Source of the DNA: a virus
Lineage: Duplodnaviria; Caudoviricetes
Virus record (IMG/VR): IMGVR_UViG_3300028549_001457
Coordinates: 1-64,000 of that record
Length of the DNA: 64,000 nt
Reading direction: 5' to 3' (one strand)
A model generated the notes under the pieces. It did no database searches, was not told the DNA's origin, and saw nothing but the letters and a program-made list of their open reading frames with translations. This document shows, in pieces, positions 26,870 through 35,962 of the stretch. The translations under genes and the position numbers were made by a program. Within the stretch, counting starts at the first letter, position 1. The number at the start of each line of letters is the position of its first letter.

Positions 26870-27484
26870 ATGCTTAAAACCGCTTTAAAGGTATTCGACA
26901 AAGACCTAACCAGCAAGGGTAGGGATCTCCCGGATCTTAAAATCCATAAAGATCCTAAGGAACGTGCGCCTAGGTTAGATAAGCGGAAGCATACCCTTGA
27001 AGAAGCTAAGCCCAAAAAAGTTATCAATAAAGAAGAAGAGCCCAATCTTCGCAAGACCGTGCTAAAAAAGAGCGCCCTAGGATCGAGGGATGTGGTTTTG
27101 GAACATTGGAAGCGTAGGGTTCCAGTTGGACCTCCCAACATTGATGATATCCAGCTCATTGATGAAATCTCGGTATCCCCCAGGGGTGAAGAGCTTCATT
27201 ACTTCTTAGTCCGCACAGAGCCTGATATTTTAACCAATGCTTCCTTTGAAAAGCAATTTGAAGCAAAGGCTTATCTAAACCATCTTAAAGATAACAATGG
27301 AAACACAGGGCAATTTGTAAGAGTAGCTACAGCATCTAACCATGTGGCGTTGCCTAATCCCGCACAGGATGCTACAGAAGATAAGGATATGGCAGTGCGT
27401 GATCAGGCTATCTCCGACCTAGATTCATGGCTTATTACTATGGGTGAGGGCCAGCGAGATTTTGAAGATCTATCCGGAATGTAG
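26870..27484 (+). CDS. Hypothetical protein
   Basis: 204-aa ORF with GGAGG RBS; basic N-terminal half. Confidence 0.7.
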   Translation: MLKTALKVFDKDLTSKGRDLPDLKIHKDPKERAPRLDKRKHTLEEAKPKKVINKEEEPNLRKTVLKKSALGSRDVVLEHWKRRVPVGPPNIDDIQLIDEISVSPRGEELHYFLVRTEPDILTNASFEKQFEAKAYLNHLKDNNGNTGQFVRVATASNHVALPNPAQDATEDKDMAVRDQAISDLDSWLITMGEGQRDFEDLSGM

Positions 27485-27553
27485 CTATTTTTGCCCGAGA
27501 CAGTGGTGCGTGGATTTTAATGTTGTATATTCTACATACGCGCTATGTAAGCG

Positions 27554-27967
27554 TTGGGTGGGTATATGGTATTTAGATCTTTAGTTATTGCGCTATTTAT
27601 TAGCGTTTTTGGGTTCTCGGGGGAGCTTCCCGTGAATATCCAAGTGAAGTTTATAAAAATTATTGCCGGAAGTGTTGGCATCCCATCAGTAGCCTGTAAG
27701 GATTCTTCTATGGCCACTGAGCTTAGGGCTATCGGAATTTCCGTGGATAATTCCTCTAAAGTGGTATATGTATCCACGGATTCTGAGCTTGCCCAGGTAA
27801 AGGGCAAGTTTGTTATTGTTACAAGACTTGAACTGCTTCCTAAAGGGGGTGCTATAGCTATTGTTGAAGAGGGTGGTAAACCTGCAATTTATCTCCATAT
27901 GGGGAATATCGCAGCTAGTGGTGTAACTTTATCAGATACAATTCTTAAAATTGGAAAGAGGCTTTAA
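27554..27967 (+). CDS. Secreted YfiR/HmsC-like protein (start may be ATG 27566)
   Basis: Signal peptide; ELP...Q.KFIKII...GAIAIVEEGGKPAIYL....IAASGVTLSDTILKIG. Confidence 0.72.
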   Translation: MGGYMVFRSLVIALFISVFGFSGELPVNIQVKFIKIIAGSVGIPSVACKDSSMATELRAIGISVDNSSKVVYVSTDSELAQVKGKFVIVTRLELLPKGGAIAIVEEGGKPAIYLHMGNIAASGVTLSDTILKIGKRL

Positions 27968-27968
27968 T

Positions 27969-29828
27969 ATGACTAGAACAGCTCTTTTTTCACTCCTAGT
28001 GGGTGCTTCTCTTACCGCTCAGGACCCTACTTCTGAAGCTGAGTTAATGGCTCTCTTGAATACTCCCGTCACCGTGGCTTCCAGTCGCGCAATGAGTCTT
28101 AGAGAGAGCCCTGGGGTCATCAGCTATATCACCCGAGACGAGATCCAGGCCAGCGGTGCCAGGAATGTTGTGGACATGCTCCGATTGATTCCAGGGTTTC
28201 AGATCGCCTATGATACCCAGGGCTCTTTGGGTCTTTCCACTAGAGGCTTCTGGAGTTATGACGGGAAATGTCTGGTTCTTTGGAACGATATTGAGCTAAA
28301 TGAGCTTCTATATGGGACCGTCACCATGGCGGATGCCTATCCCATTGATCAAGTTAAGCGCATTGAAATTATTCGTGGTCCTGGGTCCGCTCTTTATGGT
28401 GGGTTCGCTGAGTTGGCTGTGATTCGCTTCGTCTCCGTGGATCAGCAGGAAGTTAAGCCCGTTGCTGGCAGTATCGCGTATGGCCGCACAAAAGATGGAG
28501 ATATGGAGCGTCAGCTTGCCGCAGTTTTCTCCCAAGCTGCTAATGGCGTGAACTACACTGTTGGATCTGGTTATTCCAAGAATGATTATGGGTCCTCCTC
28601 AACCACCACCTACTTGAATGCCATGAATGACAATCTAACGTTTAATGGCTTCGTGTCAAATCAAACCATTAAAAACCCAGAGTATCCTTTTGTTTCGGAG
28701 ATTGCTCAGACCAAGTGGATGCAGCAGAGCTTCGCGTTCAAGTATAAGTTCAACCTAGATTGGCTGACGATCACACCCTACGCTAAATATTCTAGCTCAA
28801 CCCCTTGGGTTAGCGATGCTGATTCTGGATACTCTCGTAGAACTGTGGAGCGATCTAAGTTTGGGGTTACCACCCTCGCCACAATCTCCAAGAATTGGGC
28901 CTTTGGCTTTGGCGTTGAGCGTTATCTGGACGCAGCTTGGACATCCTCGCAGGACACCACGGGCTCTACCCTCACTACAAGTGGCGCAACCTCAATTACC
29001 TATAGCAACAATGCAGCCTATGGCGAGGTTGAATACGCTGGCTTGGTCAATGTGACCTTGGGTGGGCGATATGAACATCATAGCTATGCAGGTGAAAAGT
29101 TTGTCCCTAGAGTGGCCGTGACTAAGGCGTTTGAAACATGGCATGTAAAGTTGCTTTATGCTGAAGCTTTCAGAACCCCTAGCGTTCTAAATATTGGGGC
29201 ACCTTCTATTACGAATACCTCCCCAATTGAGCCTGAGACAACCACTACCTATGAGGTGGAACTCGGCAAACAGTTTGGAAAGCACTTCCTAACGCTTAAT
29301 GCCTATAGATCCGAGCTAGAGAAACCTCTCGTCTGGCGCAAGACCAGCATGGATGATTATGGCGGTTATTATAATGGCCCCTCCGTTGAGTCTAAGGGTC
29401 TTGAATTTGACTATAAAGTCAGGGGAAGCTGGGGTTTTGTGAATGCTGCATTTTCCAAAATCTTCCAGACAAACAATGTCCCAGATTGGCAGGTTCCTGG
29501 GGATGACTCCCGCAGCCTAGGCCTCGCCAGCGACACTGGTAAGATTGTTGCTAATTTTGTAGCATCCCCTAATTTTGAGTTTGGGGGGTCTGTTATTTAC
29601 TCGGGAAATAAATTTGCATATAATATTTTTGGAGAGGTTGAGAAGTTTAGCCCAAAGACTTTTGTTAATCTAAACGCGACCTATCACTTTAAATCTATGT
29701 CTGCTGTTGTTGGGGTCTATGACCTTTTAGATCAGAAAGAACTCTTCCTCCAGTCTTATGCAGGTGGGGTTCCAGCTATGGAAGGTAGAGGCACTGAGTA
29801 TTACATTAAACTTAAATACGGTTTCTAA
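27969..29828 (+). CDS. TonB-dependent outer-membrane receptor
   Basis: Signal peptide; plug LLNTPVTVAS...ESPG...ITRDEI...LR..PG...IEIIRGPGSALYG; barrel LEPE-like motif; C-terminal YYIKLKYGF. Confidence 0.93.
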   Translation: MTRTALFSLLVGASLTAQDPTSEAELMALLNTPVTVASSRAMSLRESPGVISYITRDEIQASGARNVVDMLRLIPGFQIAYDTQGSLGLSTRGFWSYDGKCLVLWNDIELNELLYGTVTMADAYPIDQVKRIEIIRGPGSALYGGFAELAVIRFVSVDQQEVKPVAGSIAYGRTKDGDMERQLAAVFSQAANGVNYTVGSGYSKNDYGSSSTTTYLNAMNDNLTFNGFVSNQTIKNPEYPFVSEIAQTKWMQQSFAFKYKFNLDWLTITPYAKYSSSTPWVSDADSGYSRRTVERSKFGVTTLATISKNWAFGFGVERYLDAAWTSSQDTTGSTLTTSGATSITYSNNAAYGEVEYAGLVNVTLGGRYEHHSYAGEKFVPRVAVTKAFETWHVKLLYAEAFRTPSVLNIGAPSITNTSPIEPETTTTYEVELGKQFGKHFLTLNAYRSELEKPLVWRKTSMDDYGGYYNGPSVESKGLEFDYKVRGSWGFVNAAFSKIFQTNNVPDWQVPGDDSRSLGLASDTGKIVANFVASPNFEFGGSVIYSGNKFAYNIFGEVEKFSPKTFVNLNATYHFKSMSAVVGVYDLLDQKELFLQSYAGGVPAMEGRGTEYYIKLKYGF

Positions 29829-29842
29829 GTTTAATACCCCCC

Positions 29843-29874
29843 AAAAAAGCCACCCTTTAATGGGTGGCTTTTTT
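29843..29874. terminator. Bidirectional-type intrinsic terminator
   Basis: AAAAAAGCCACCC / GGGTGGCTTTTTT. Confidence 0.85.
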
Positions 29875-29909
29875 AGTAGGCTCTTTTTCTTTATTCAAAG
29901 GGGTCTGCT

Positions 29910-31115
29910 TTGCTTAAGACGCTCGTTAATCCAGCTATCTCCCATGGGTCCGCAGCGGCTCTCTCTAATGTAGGGGGGCTGCATACTGCATCTACATTAG
30001 ATTTAAGCCAGTATTTGCTCAGCCAATCAACTATTGTGTGCTCCGTGGCTCCCGAGTTGATTTCTCCACGCGGGGAGTCTCCCTATAACCTAATTGATGA
30101 GTCCTGCACCCACCTAGTTAATCAGAACGGAGATGCGTGGCTTAATCAGGTTATTTTGGAGACGTATAGGACTTTCCAGGGTGCATTTAACTTTGTTGAG
30201 CATAATCAAGTCCTGTCAGAAAATAAGGGGCGCATTCTAGACGCAGTTGCCCGTAAGATCCTCCTAATGAAACCAGATGCTCAGCATGTTACTGAGCAAG
30301 AAGAGATTGGGTTCAGCTCAGGGGTTGCCCCCTCTGCCTCTGAATTCCTCATGTCTCTTCAACCCTCCATGCCCACCCCCAAGCCAAAAGTCCCCCAAAA
30401 ACTTCATACAAATCAAGCTCAGTTCGTTCTAGATAAGTCTGGGCAACCCAAATATGTATACTATATAGATATTCTAGTGGCAACATCCCTTAAGTTTACA
30501 AGACTCATTGAACAGATTCTCGATGGTGAATTTAATGCTATGTCTATGGGGTGTGTGGTAACAGGCTCCACCTGCTCATATTGCGGCCACCAAATTCGGG
30601 AACCTTACCCCTCGTTTTGTCCATGTCTCCTAAATGATCGTGGGACACTTAAAAAACACCCCCATACAGATAGGCTGGTTGCCGTAGCTGAATTATGTGG
30701 TATCCCCGGTGAGCCCGAGACAAATCAGTTTATTGAGGCTAGTTGGGTTGCCGACCCCGCCTTTATTGGTGCTCGTAAGGCGTATATTATTGACTTACCT
30801 GAGGGCTACTCTAGAAAGACCTACTCAATACCCGCTGTTCCCGAGTTAAAAAATATCCCTAAAGCAGCAGCCAACCTAAAAGCAGCTTCCGCTGAGCCTC
30901 ACAAAGCTTTGATTATGGACTATCAAACTCTGCGTAATACCGCAATTGCTTTTAGCCATAACCCCACACTTAGAAACCAGTTAAATCGCTATTTGCAGCT
31001 ATACGGTTTTGAGATTGGGCCTCTCCCCGGTAGGACCCCTCACGTTATTCAAAAAAATGATATGGAGGAGTTTCAGCGGGTGCAGAAGCAGTTTAAAGCT
31101 CTCGGGCTTCGATAA
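29910..31115 (+). CDS. Prohead (capsid maturation) protease
   Basis: NQNGDAW...TF.G..NFVEH...KGRILDA...SMGC...CSYCG...FIEASWVADPAF; first gene of the head module. Confidence 0.75.
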   Translation: MLKTLVNPAISHGSAAALSNVGGLHTASTLDLSQYLLSQSTIVCSVAPELISPRGESPYNLIDESCTHLVNQNGDAWLNQVILETYRTFQGAFNFVEHNQVLSENKGRILDAVARKILLMKPDAQHVTEQEEIGFSSGVAPSASEFLMSLQPSMPTPKPKVPQKLHTNQAQFVLDKSGQPKYVYYIDILVATSLKFTRLIEQILDGEFNAMSMGCVVTGSTCSYCGHQIREPYPSFCPCLLNDRGTLKKHPHTDRLVAVAELCGIPGEPETNQFIEASWVADPAFIGARKAYIIDLPEGYSRKTYSIPAVPELKNIPKAAANLKAASAEPHKALIMDYQTLRNTAIAFSHNPTLRNQLNRYLQLYGFEIGPLPGRTPHVIQKNDMEEFQRVQKQFKALGLR

Positions 31116-31215
31116 TCGATAACACGCACAGTCCCGCTATACATTTTTGTCAGATTATTATTTTTTCTTTATGTGTGCGGCACATCTTACATTTCAGTCT
31201 CACTTTAGGAGCTTT

Positions 31216-32553
31216 ATGAAGGCATTCCGAGAATCCGACTTTAAGGGACCCGGCCATTGTCAGCACGGGTGTCCTTATAATGACGGACCTTGTCCTGAGT
31301 GTGCCTCTGATATTGAAGCTCTCAAGCAAGGAATCCCCTATGGGAGCGCACAAAGTCTTCATAAGAAGGCTTCTGCTAAAACCGCTAAATTCCAGTGTCA
31401 AGAATGTGGGAAAATCCTTCCCGAGTCAGCCCGTAAGTGCTCTAGGTGCGGGAGTGATGACCTTGACCTTTTTGTAGGAAAACAAGCTGCGATTTCCGCA
31501 GTCATTAAAGAGGTTACTATGCAACACACAGCCAAGAACGTGGAGGCTCAGGTTAAATCTGCTGCCCCTGAACTCACCAAGCTTGCCAAGCACCGTGTTG
31601 CTTTGGCCTACGCAATGGCTTGCAGCAACAAGACTGCTTCCACTACTACCGCCCGTAGGCGGATGGTTGAGGCTTTCTTAACAATGCCTACCTTTGCTCT
31701 CCAGTCTCTGTATGATATGCACTCTGCATCTTCTCATACTGCTGGCCCCGATGATTTGCCTCCTCCAGAGGAAGAAGCTGCTCCAGCTCCTGAGGGCGAT
31801 ATTGCCCCAGAGGGTGCAGACATGCCCCTTGAAGGTGGTGATGACCTCGGTATGGAGGGTGGAGACCTGGGCGGCGGCATGGATTTGGGTCTTGGCGGCG
31901 GTATGGGAGGTGGGGCTGAAATGGCTCCCGCAGAAGATACTGGCCTCGCAGCTCTTAAATCTGAGAACGAGGCTCTAGTTGGTGATATTCAACAGCTAGA
32001 ACAGGACTTCGCTAGACTTCAGGAAACCCTTCCCGAAGGTGGCGCTCTCGATCTTTCTTCTATCCTGTCCGAAGAAGCCATGGATGAGAAGGCTGAGCAG
32101 CTCCCTGAGGGTGGCGAAGGTGAAGACCCAGCGTTGAACTTCATGCCCGAGGGTGATGACTCAGGGGAGCATAAGTCCGCCAGTATTGCGGCTGAGGATG
32201 TCGATGATGGATCCTTTGAGCGCGATCTACTCGGTTCGCTCCAGGGGGTTGATTGTGCAGATCAGGCTTCAGACCCAGCCCTGCCTGAAGAAGTTGACCC
32301 TCTTCTGAATCAGGTCGATATTGATGAACCTGACTATGCAGACATCCCCTATGACATCTTAGGCGCACTGGCACCCGCTGCTGGCGCACCCAGCAATGTT
32401 TCCGCTGCTCCCAAAATGGCTGGGACTTCTAAGGTTGCTTCTGCGCCTAAGACTGCTGGAGCACGATTTGTCCCCTCAGGTGCCATGGCCCCTGCCTCTC
32501 AGGACGATCAGCAGGTAACTCGCCTTTCCGCCCTGCTCAAAGATTTCAGCTAA
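31216..32553 (+). CDS. Scaffold-like protein with N-terminal Cys/Zn modules and acidic low-complexity body
   Basis: Between protease and capsid genes; AGGAG RBS before ATG 31216; acidic/Gly-rich, coiled coil; many K-x-A sites. Confidence 0.65.
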   Translation: MKAFRESDFKGPGHCQHGCPYNDGPCPECASDIEALKQGIPYGSAQSLHKKASAKTAKFQCQECGKILPESARKCSRCGSDDLDLFVGKQAAISAVIKEVTMQHTAKNVEAQVKSAAPELTKLAKHRVALAYAMACSNKTASTTTARRRMVEAFLTMPTFALQSLYDMHSASSHTAGPDDLPPPEEEAAPAPEGDIAPEGADMPLEGGDDLGMEGGDLGGGMDLGLGGGMGGGAEMAPAEDTGLAALKSENEALVGDIQQLEQDFARLQETLPEGGALDLSSILSEEAMDEKAEQLPEGGEGEDPALNFMPEGDDSGEHKSASIAAEDVDDGSFERDLLGSLQGVDCADQASDPALPEEVDPLLNQVDIDEPDYADIPYDILGALAPAAGAPSNVSAAPKMAGTSKVASAPKTAGARFVPSGAMAPASQDDQQVTRLSALLKDFS

Positions 32554-32563
32554 GTTCTATAAA

Positions 32564-32594
32564 AACCTCAGGGAGTTATAAGCTCCCTGAGGTT
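32564..32594. terminator. Hairpin/terminator after the scaffold gene
   Basis: AACCTCAGGGAG / CTCCCTGAGGTT stem. Confidence 0.65.
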
Positions 32595-32763
32595 AATCAT
32601 TGAAACATGTTTTTTTCTTTATATGTAATTCTCGTGAAATTTAGGTTTCCGAGGTTAGCTCTTGACACATTCTAAAATTGATAAATCGAGCGGTCCTCAT
32701 GCCAACGGGCATCCTTGAGGGACTCGACATCTACCATCCGTTTAATTCCCAGAAGGAACTATT

Positions 32764-33234
32764 ATGACGGATTTCTATACCCACCAGCTTGTAATCTTGC
32801 TGCCTGGTACCAAGAATGGTTTCGTTAAGCCTAACGTAAACTTTACTGGTGACACGGAAGCAGATCGGCTCCTCATGGCTCCCTACATTTCGGGAAGTCC
32901 TGTTACCATGACGGGCGATCTAACCATCGGTATCGCAAACGCGACAGACAAAGTCATTGGTCTGCTCGTCTATGACGGTGCTGGAACCTCCCCCCTCGAT
33001 GGCATGGGCGGCGGCGATCAGAGCGGAGTCCTGACCTATGTTTATGGTCTGGCCACCGTTAAGGTCCCCTCTCGCGTTCTAGCGAGTGGTATCACTTTCG
33101 CTGTTAACGATGAAGTTTGTGCGACTGCCACTGGCAAGCTCACGAACGTTGTTGGCACCGGAACCGTTATCGGAACGGTAATTTCTGCTGTTGATCAGGC
33201 CACCGATGGCCTAGTCGTTCAGATGTCCATCTAA
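32764..33234 (+). CDS. Capsid decoration/cement-like protein
   Basis: Directly upstream of the MCP; small beta-rich protein (LTYVYG...VKV...FAVNDEV..TATGKLT...VIGTVI). Confidence 0.65.
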   Translation: MTDFYTHQLVILLPGTKNGFVKPNVNFTGDTEADRLLMAPYISGSPVTMTGDLTIGIANATDKVIGLLVYDGAGTSPLDGMGGGDQSGVLTYVYGLATVKVPSRVLASGITFAVNDEVCATATGKLTNVVGTGTVIGTVISAVDQATDGLVVQMSI

Positions 33235-33245
33235 GGGAGCGAGAT

Positions 33246-34121
33246 ATGGCTGGTCTATCTAGTAACGCCGAACTCAACACCCTGATCGGGCAGTTGATTC
33301 AAACCAAACAGGGCCGTGCAAAGATTGCTGCTGCAATCGGCCCCGAACTCCGCAGACGCCGCGACTACCTCGCAGTGGGCCGCAAGGCTTTCCACGTTGA
33401 TGAGCTTCCTCCTGGAACCAACGCCATTTATGATTTCGACGTTGATGTTAAGGGATGGCTGATCTCCGAAGAAGGTCAGGCTCCTGAAGAGCAACAGCGC
33501 CCCAAGCGCGTCCTGGTCAAGACCCAGGAAATCGTTTCTCGTCCGAAGGTCTCCTTCGCTCAGATCCGTGAACGCCGCTATGATATCGTCAACCGTGTCA
33601 TCGAGAAGGCCAAGTCTGAAGTGCTAGCCGCTGAAGATTCTCGCATCTTCTCTCTTATGGCCAAGGCTGGCGAAGCTGTCACAGTTGACAGTGAGTACTA
33701 CAATGCTGCCGTGCCCGTCACTGGTGGTGTGCTCAATCAGGCTTCCCTGTCCACCGCTCTCGGCAAGATCGTTCGTCATGATCTGCCCCAGGGCTTCATC
33801 TTCGTCAATCCTCAGCGTCAGGTAGATTTCACCACCTGGACTGATGGCACCTTTGACCGTCAGACCCAGCGCGAAGTGCTGACCTCTGGCGTCCTCGGCT
33901 ATGTGTATAACATGGCAGTGGTTCAGTCCCGCCTCGTTCCCGTGAACAAGGTTTGGGTAACTGGCGTCAAGGAATTTACAGGTATCATGCCTGAGAAGCA
34001 GGCCCTCACCACTCTGTCCAGCGACACCGTCACTGACCTGAGCGTGGGCTTCGTAATCTTTGAAGACATTGGATTTTACCTCTGGAATTCGGCTTCGGTA
34101 GTTGAACTGGATTTCGCGTAA
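33246..34121 (+). CDS. Major capsid protein (HK97 fold)
   Basis: GRAKIAAAI...LRRRRDY..VGRKAF.VDELP.G...YD.D...EI.S.P...I..RRYDI..R....AK.E....ED; strongly biased codons; strong terminator downstream. Confidence 0.85.
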   Translation: MAGLSSNAELNTLIGQLIQTKQGRAKIAAAIGPELRRRRDYLAVGRKAFHVDELPPGTNAIYDFDVDVKGWLISEEGQAPEEQQRPKRVLVKTQEIVSRPKVSFAQIRERRYDIVNRVIEKAKSEVLAAEDSRIFSLMAKAGEAVTVDSEYYNAAVPVTGGVLNQASLSTALGKIVRHDLPQGFIFVNPQRQVDFTTWTDGTFDRQTQREVLTSGVLGYVYNMAVVQSRLVPVNKVWVTGVKEFTGIMPEKQALTTLSSDTVTDLSVGFVIFEDIGFYLWNSASVVELDFA

Positions 34122-34142
34122 GTTTTAACTTCTTTAGAGCTT

Positions 34143-34166
34143 GGGGGCTTCGGCCCCCATTCTTTT
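34143..34166 (+). terminator. Intrinsic terminator after MCP
   Basis: GGGGGC-TTCG-GCCCCC followed by T-rich tail. Confidence 0.85.
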
Positions 34167-34208
34167 ATTCTTAAAATGGTTTTGTATCTATATCTGGAGG
34201 TTTAGGCC

Positions 34209-34301
34209 GTGTCGGATCTTTGTCCCTGTGGAAATACGTCACTCACCAAGGTCCCTTTCTGTGAATCTTGTGCTGCGGAGGCCTTAAATGTCCATGCCTA
34301 A
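34209..34301 (+). CDS. Putative 30-aa Cys4 microprotein (below track cutoff)
   Basis: GGAGG RBS 8 nt before GTG; CPCG...CESC; overlaps the start of the LAGLIDADG gene. Confidence 0.45.
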   Translation: MSDLCPCGNTSLTKVPFCESCAAEALNVHA

Positions 34302-35514
34302 GTTAGACCCCAAGAATGTCACCTGGAATGATCACTTCTTTGATGACCCCCTTACACCCAAAGCTGCGTATCTCTTAGGTCTTCTAGCATCCGATGGGAA
34401 TATCTACAGGGGTCGCGCTTCTCATACAGGAGCTACCACTCTCGGTTTAATAGATAAAGAACATATGGAGCTTATAGCTCATATGCTGGGTTCTACCAGA
34501 CCACTATACTGTAACGTTAAAGGTAGATTTAAACTATGGGTTCTAAAACTTCCATCTGATCACGCCTATAATAGGCTTCTAGAGCTTGGGATGACTGAGA
34601 ATAAAACGTATGGTCTCAAGGTTGTTATTCCAAGTGATCATTTCTGGGAGTTTTTACGTGGCTTTACCGATGGGGATGGTTCAATCGATACACCAAAGCC
34701 CAATGGGACTCAAGCTCTACGGTGGAGGATATTTTCTCATTCAAACAATAGAGCGTGGTTAGAATTGATCCTAAGTCAGATTCAGTCAAAGCTCTCTAGT
34801 GTTTCTGGTGCCCTCGATGAAAAATCAACACAAAATCTCACAACCCTAAATATTGCAGGTAGCTTACAAGCTCTTCAAGTATTATGTGAAATATACCGGA
34901 ACTCAGAGGTCCCCCGGCTGGAAAGGAAGTTTGAGAAATTTGAAAGCTATCTTCGACATATCATGTCCAATTATGGTTCAGCAACCCGCCTATGGCTTCT
35001 TCAAAATAAGTCAGCCACACCCGAGTTCGTTCAAGATTTAGTGGGGGGTATCATTCATACTACCACGACATCCGTAGATTTAATCCAAGGGCTAACCTAC
35101 CTAACCCTTCCTGGGGGTCTTCCTCAATCTGTAATATACTTCAACCTAAGTTCGGGGTTTTATGATCAAGCTCTCTCTGAGAGAGTGTCTCTTAGGACCA
35201 TGGCCAGACATTTTAGTCTTGATCAATCAAAAGCGATGATTCTAAAAATAACCGCACAGCTTTCATCACGCGCAAAAAGAAGGGGCTTTAGTAGATCAAA
35301 TAGATCTCTAGCTGTTGTTAGGTTGGTGGAGGAGATTAAGCTTGGGGTGTATGATTCTGATTTGGAGAGCTGTACGTCAGTTTCAAAGTTTCTAAAGTTT
35401 AAGTTGGCCGAATACGGTGAGCCAGAGGCTGACGCCTCCTACCCCGAAAACGAAGCCTACACACGCAGAAAACAACTTTTACTGGACAAAACTTCTCAAG
35501 CCTCCGTATCTTAA
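34288..35514 (+). mobile_element. Free-standing LAGLIDADG homing endonuclease with long C-terminal extension
   Basis: YLLGLLASDGNI and FLRGFTDGDGSI motifs. Confidence 0.88.
35483..35512 (+). promoter_or_regulatory. Class-E promoter-like motif (TGGACA-N18-TATCTT) inside the 3' end of the endonuclease gene
   Basis: Recurrent motif upstream of the GNAT-IbrAB cassette. Confidence 0.55.
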
Positions 35515-35530
35515 ATCATGGGGGTTTGGG

Positions 35531-35947
35531 ATGCCGCTTCAAGTCTACTTTGATCACGAGGGCGATTTTTACTCCAGAATGGGTCCGTTCTTCGCCACAC
35601 GAGCCCACGTAAGGGAGATGGGTGGTTGGCAATTCTACACCCTTCCAGGGGCTATGTGGCTTGTAATCTCCTCTGATAGTAATCAGATCCAAGGCTTCTG
35701 TTCCCTAGTGCCCAAAAAGGGGTATCTTCTACTGGATAATCTCTTTATTCTCCCTGAATATCGTGGGCTAAAACTATCAAATCGACTATTGGATTCTGTG
35801 CTTGCAGAGGGGTTTCAGCAAGAGATTAGATGTATCACGAACAACCCCCACCAGTTGGCAAAATTTATCCGCCTTGGTTTTGAGTCCGTGGGGGTTCGGG
35901 GAGGTTTTACCCGGTTAGCTCGAAAACCCCGGAGTGTATCTATTTAG
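35531..35947 (+). CDS. GNAT-family acetyltransferase
   Basis: GFCSL...LLLDNLFILPEYRGLKLSNRLL...F.RLGF. Confidence 0.82.
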   Translation: MPLQVYFDHEGDFYSRMGPFFATRAHVREMGGWQFYTLPGAMWLVISSDSNQIQGFCSLVPKKGYLLLDNLFILPEYRGLKLSNRLLDSVLAEGFQQEIRCITNNPHQLAKFIRLGFESVGVRGGFTRLARKPRSVSI

Positions 35948-35962
35948 TGGGGGTTATCTAAA

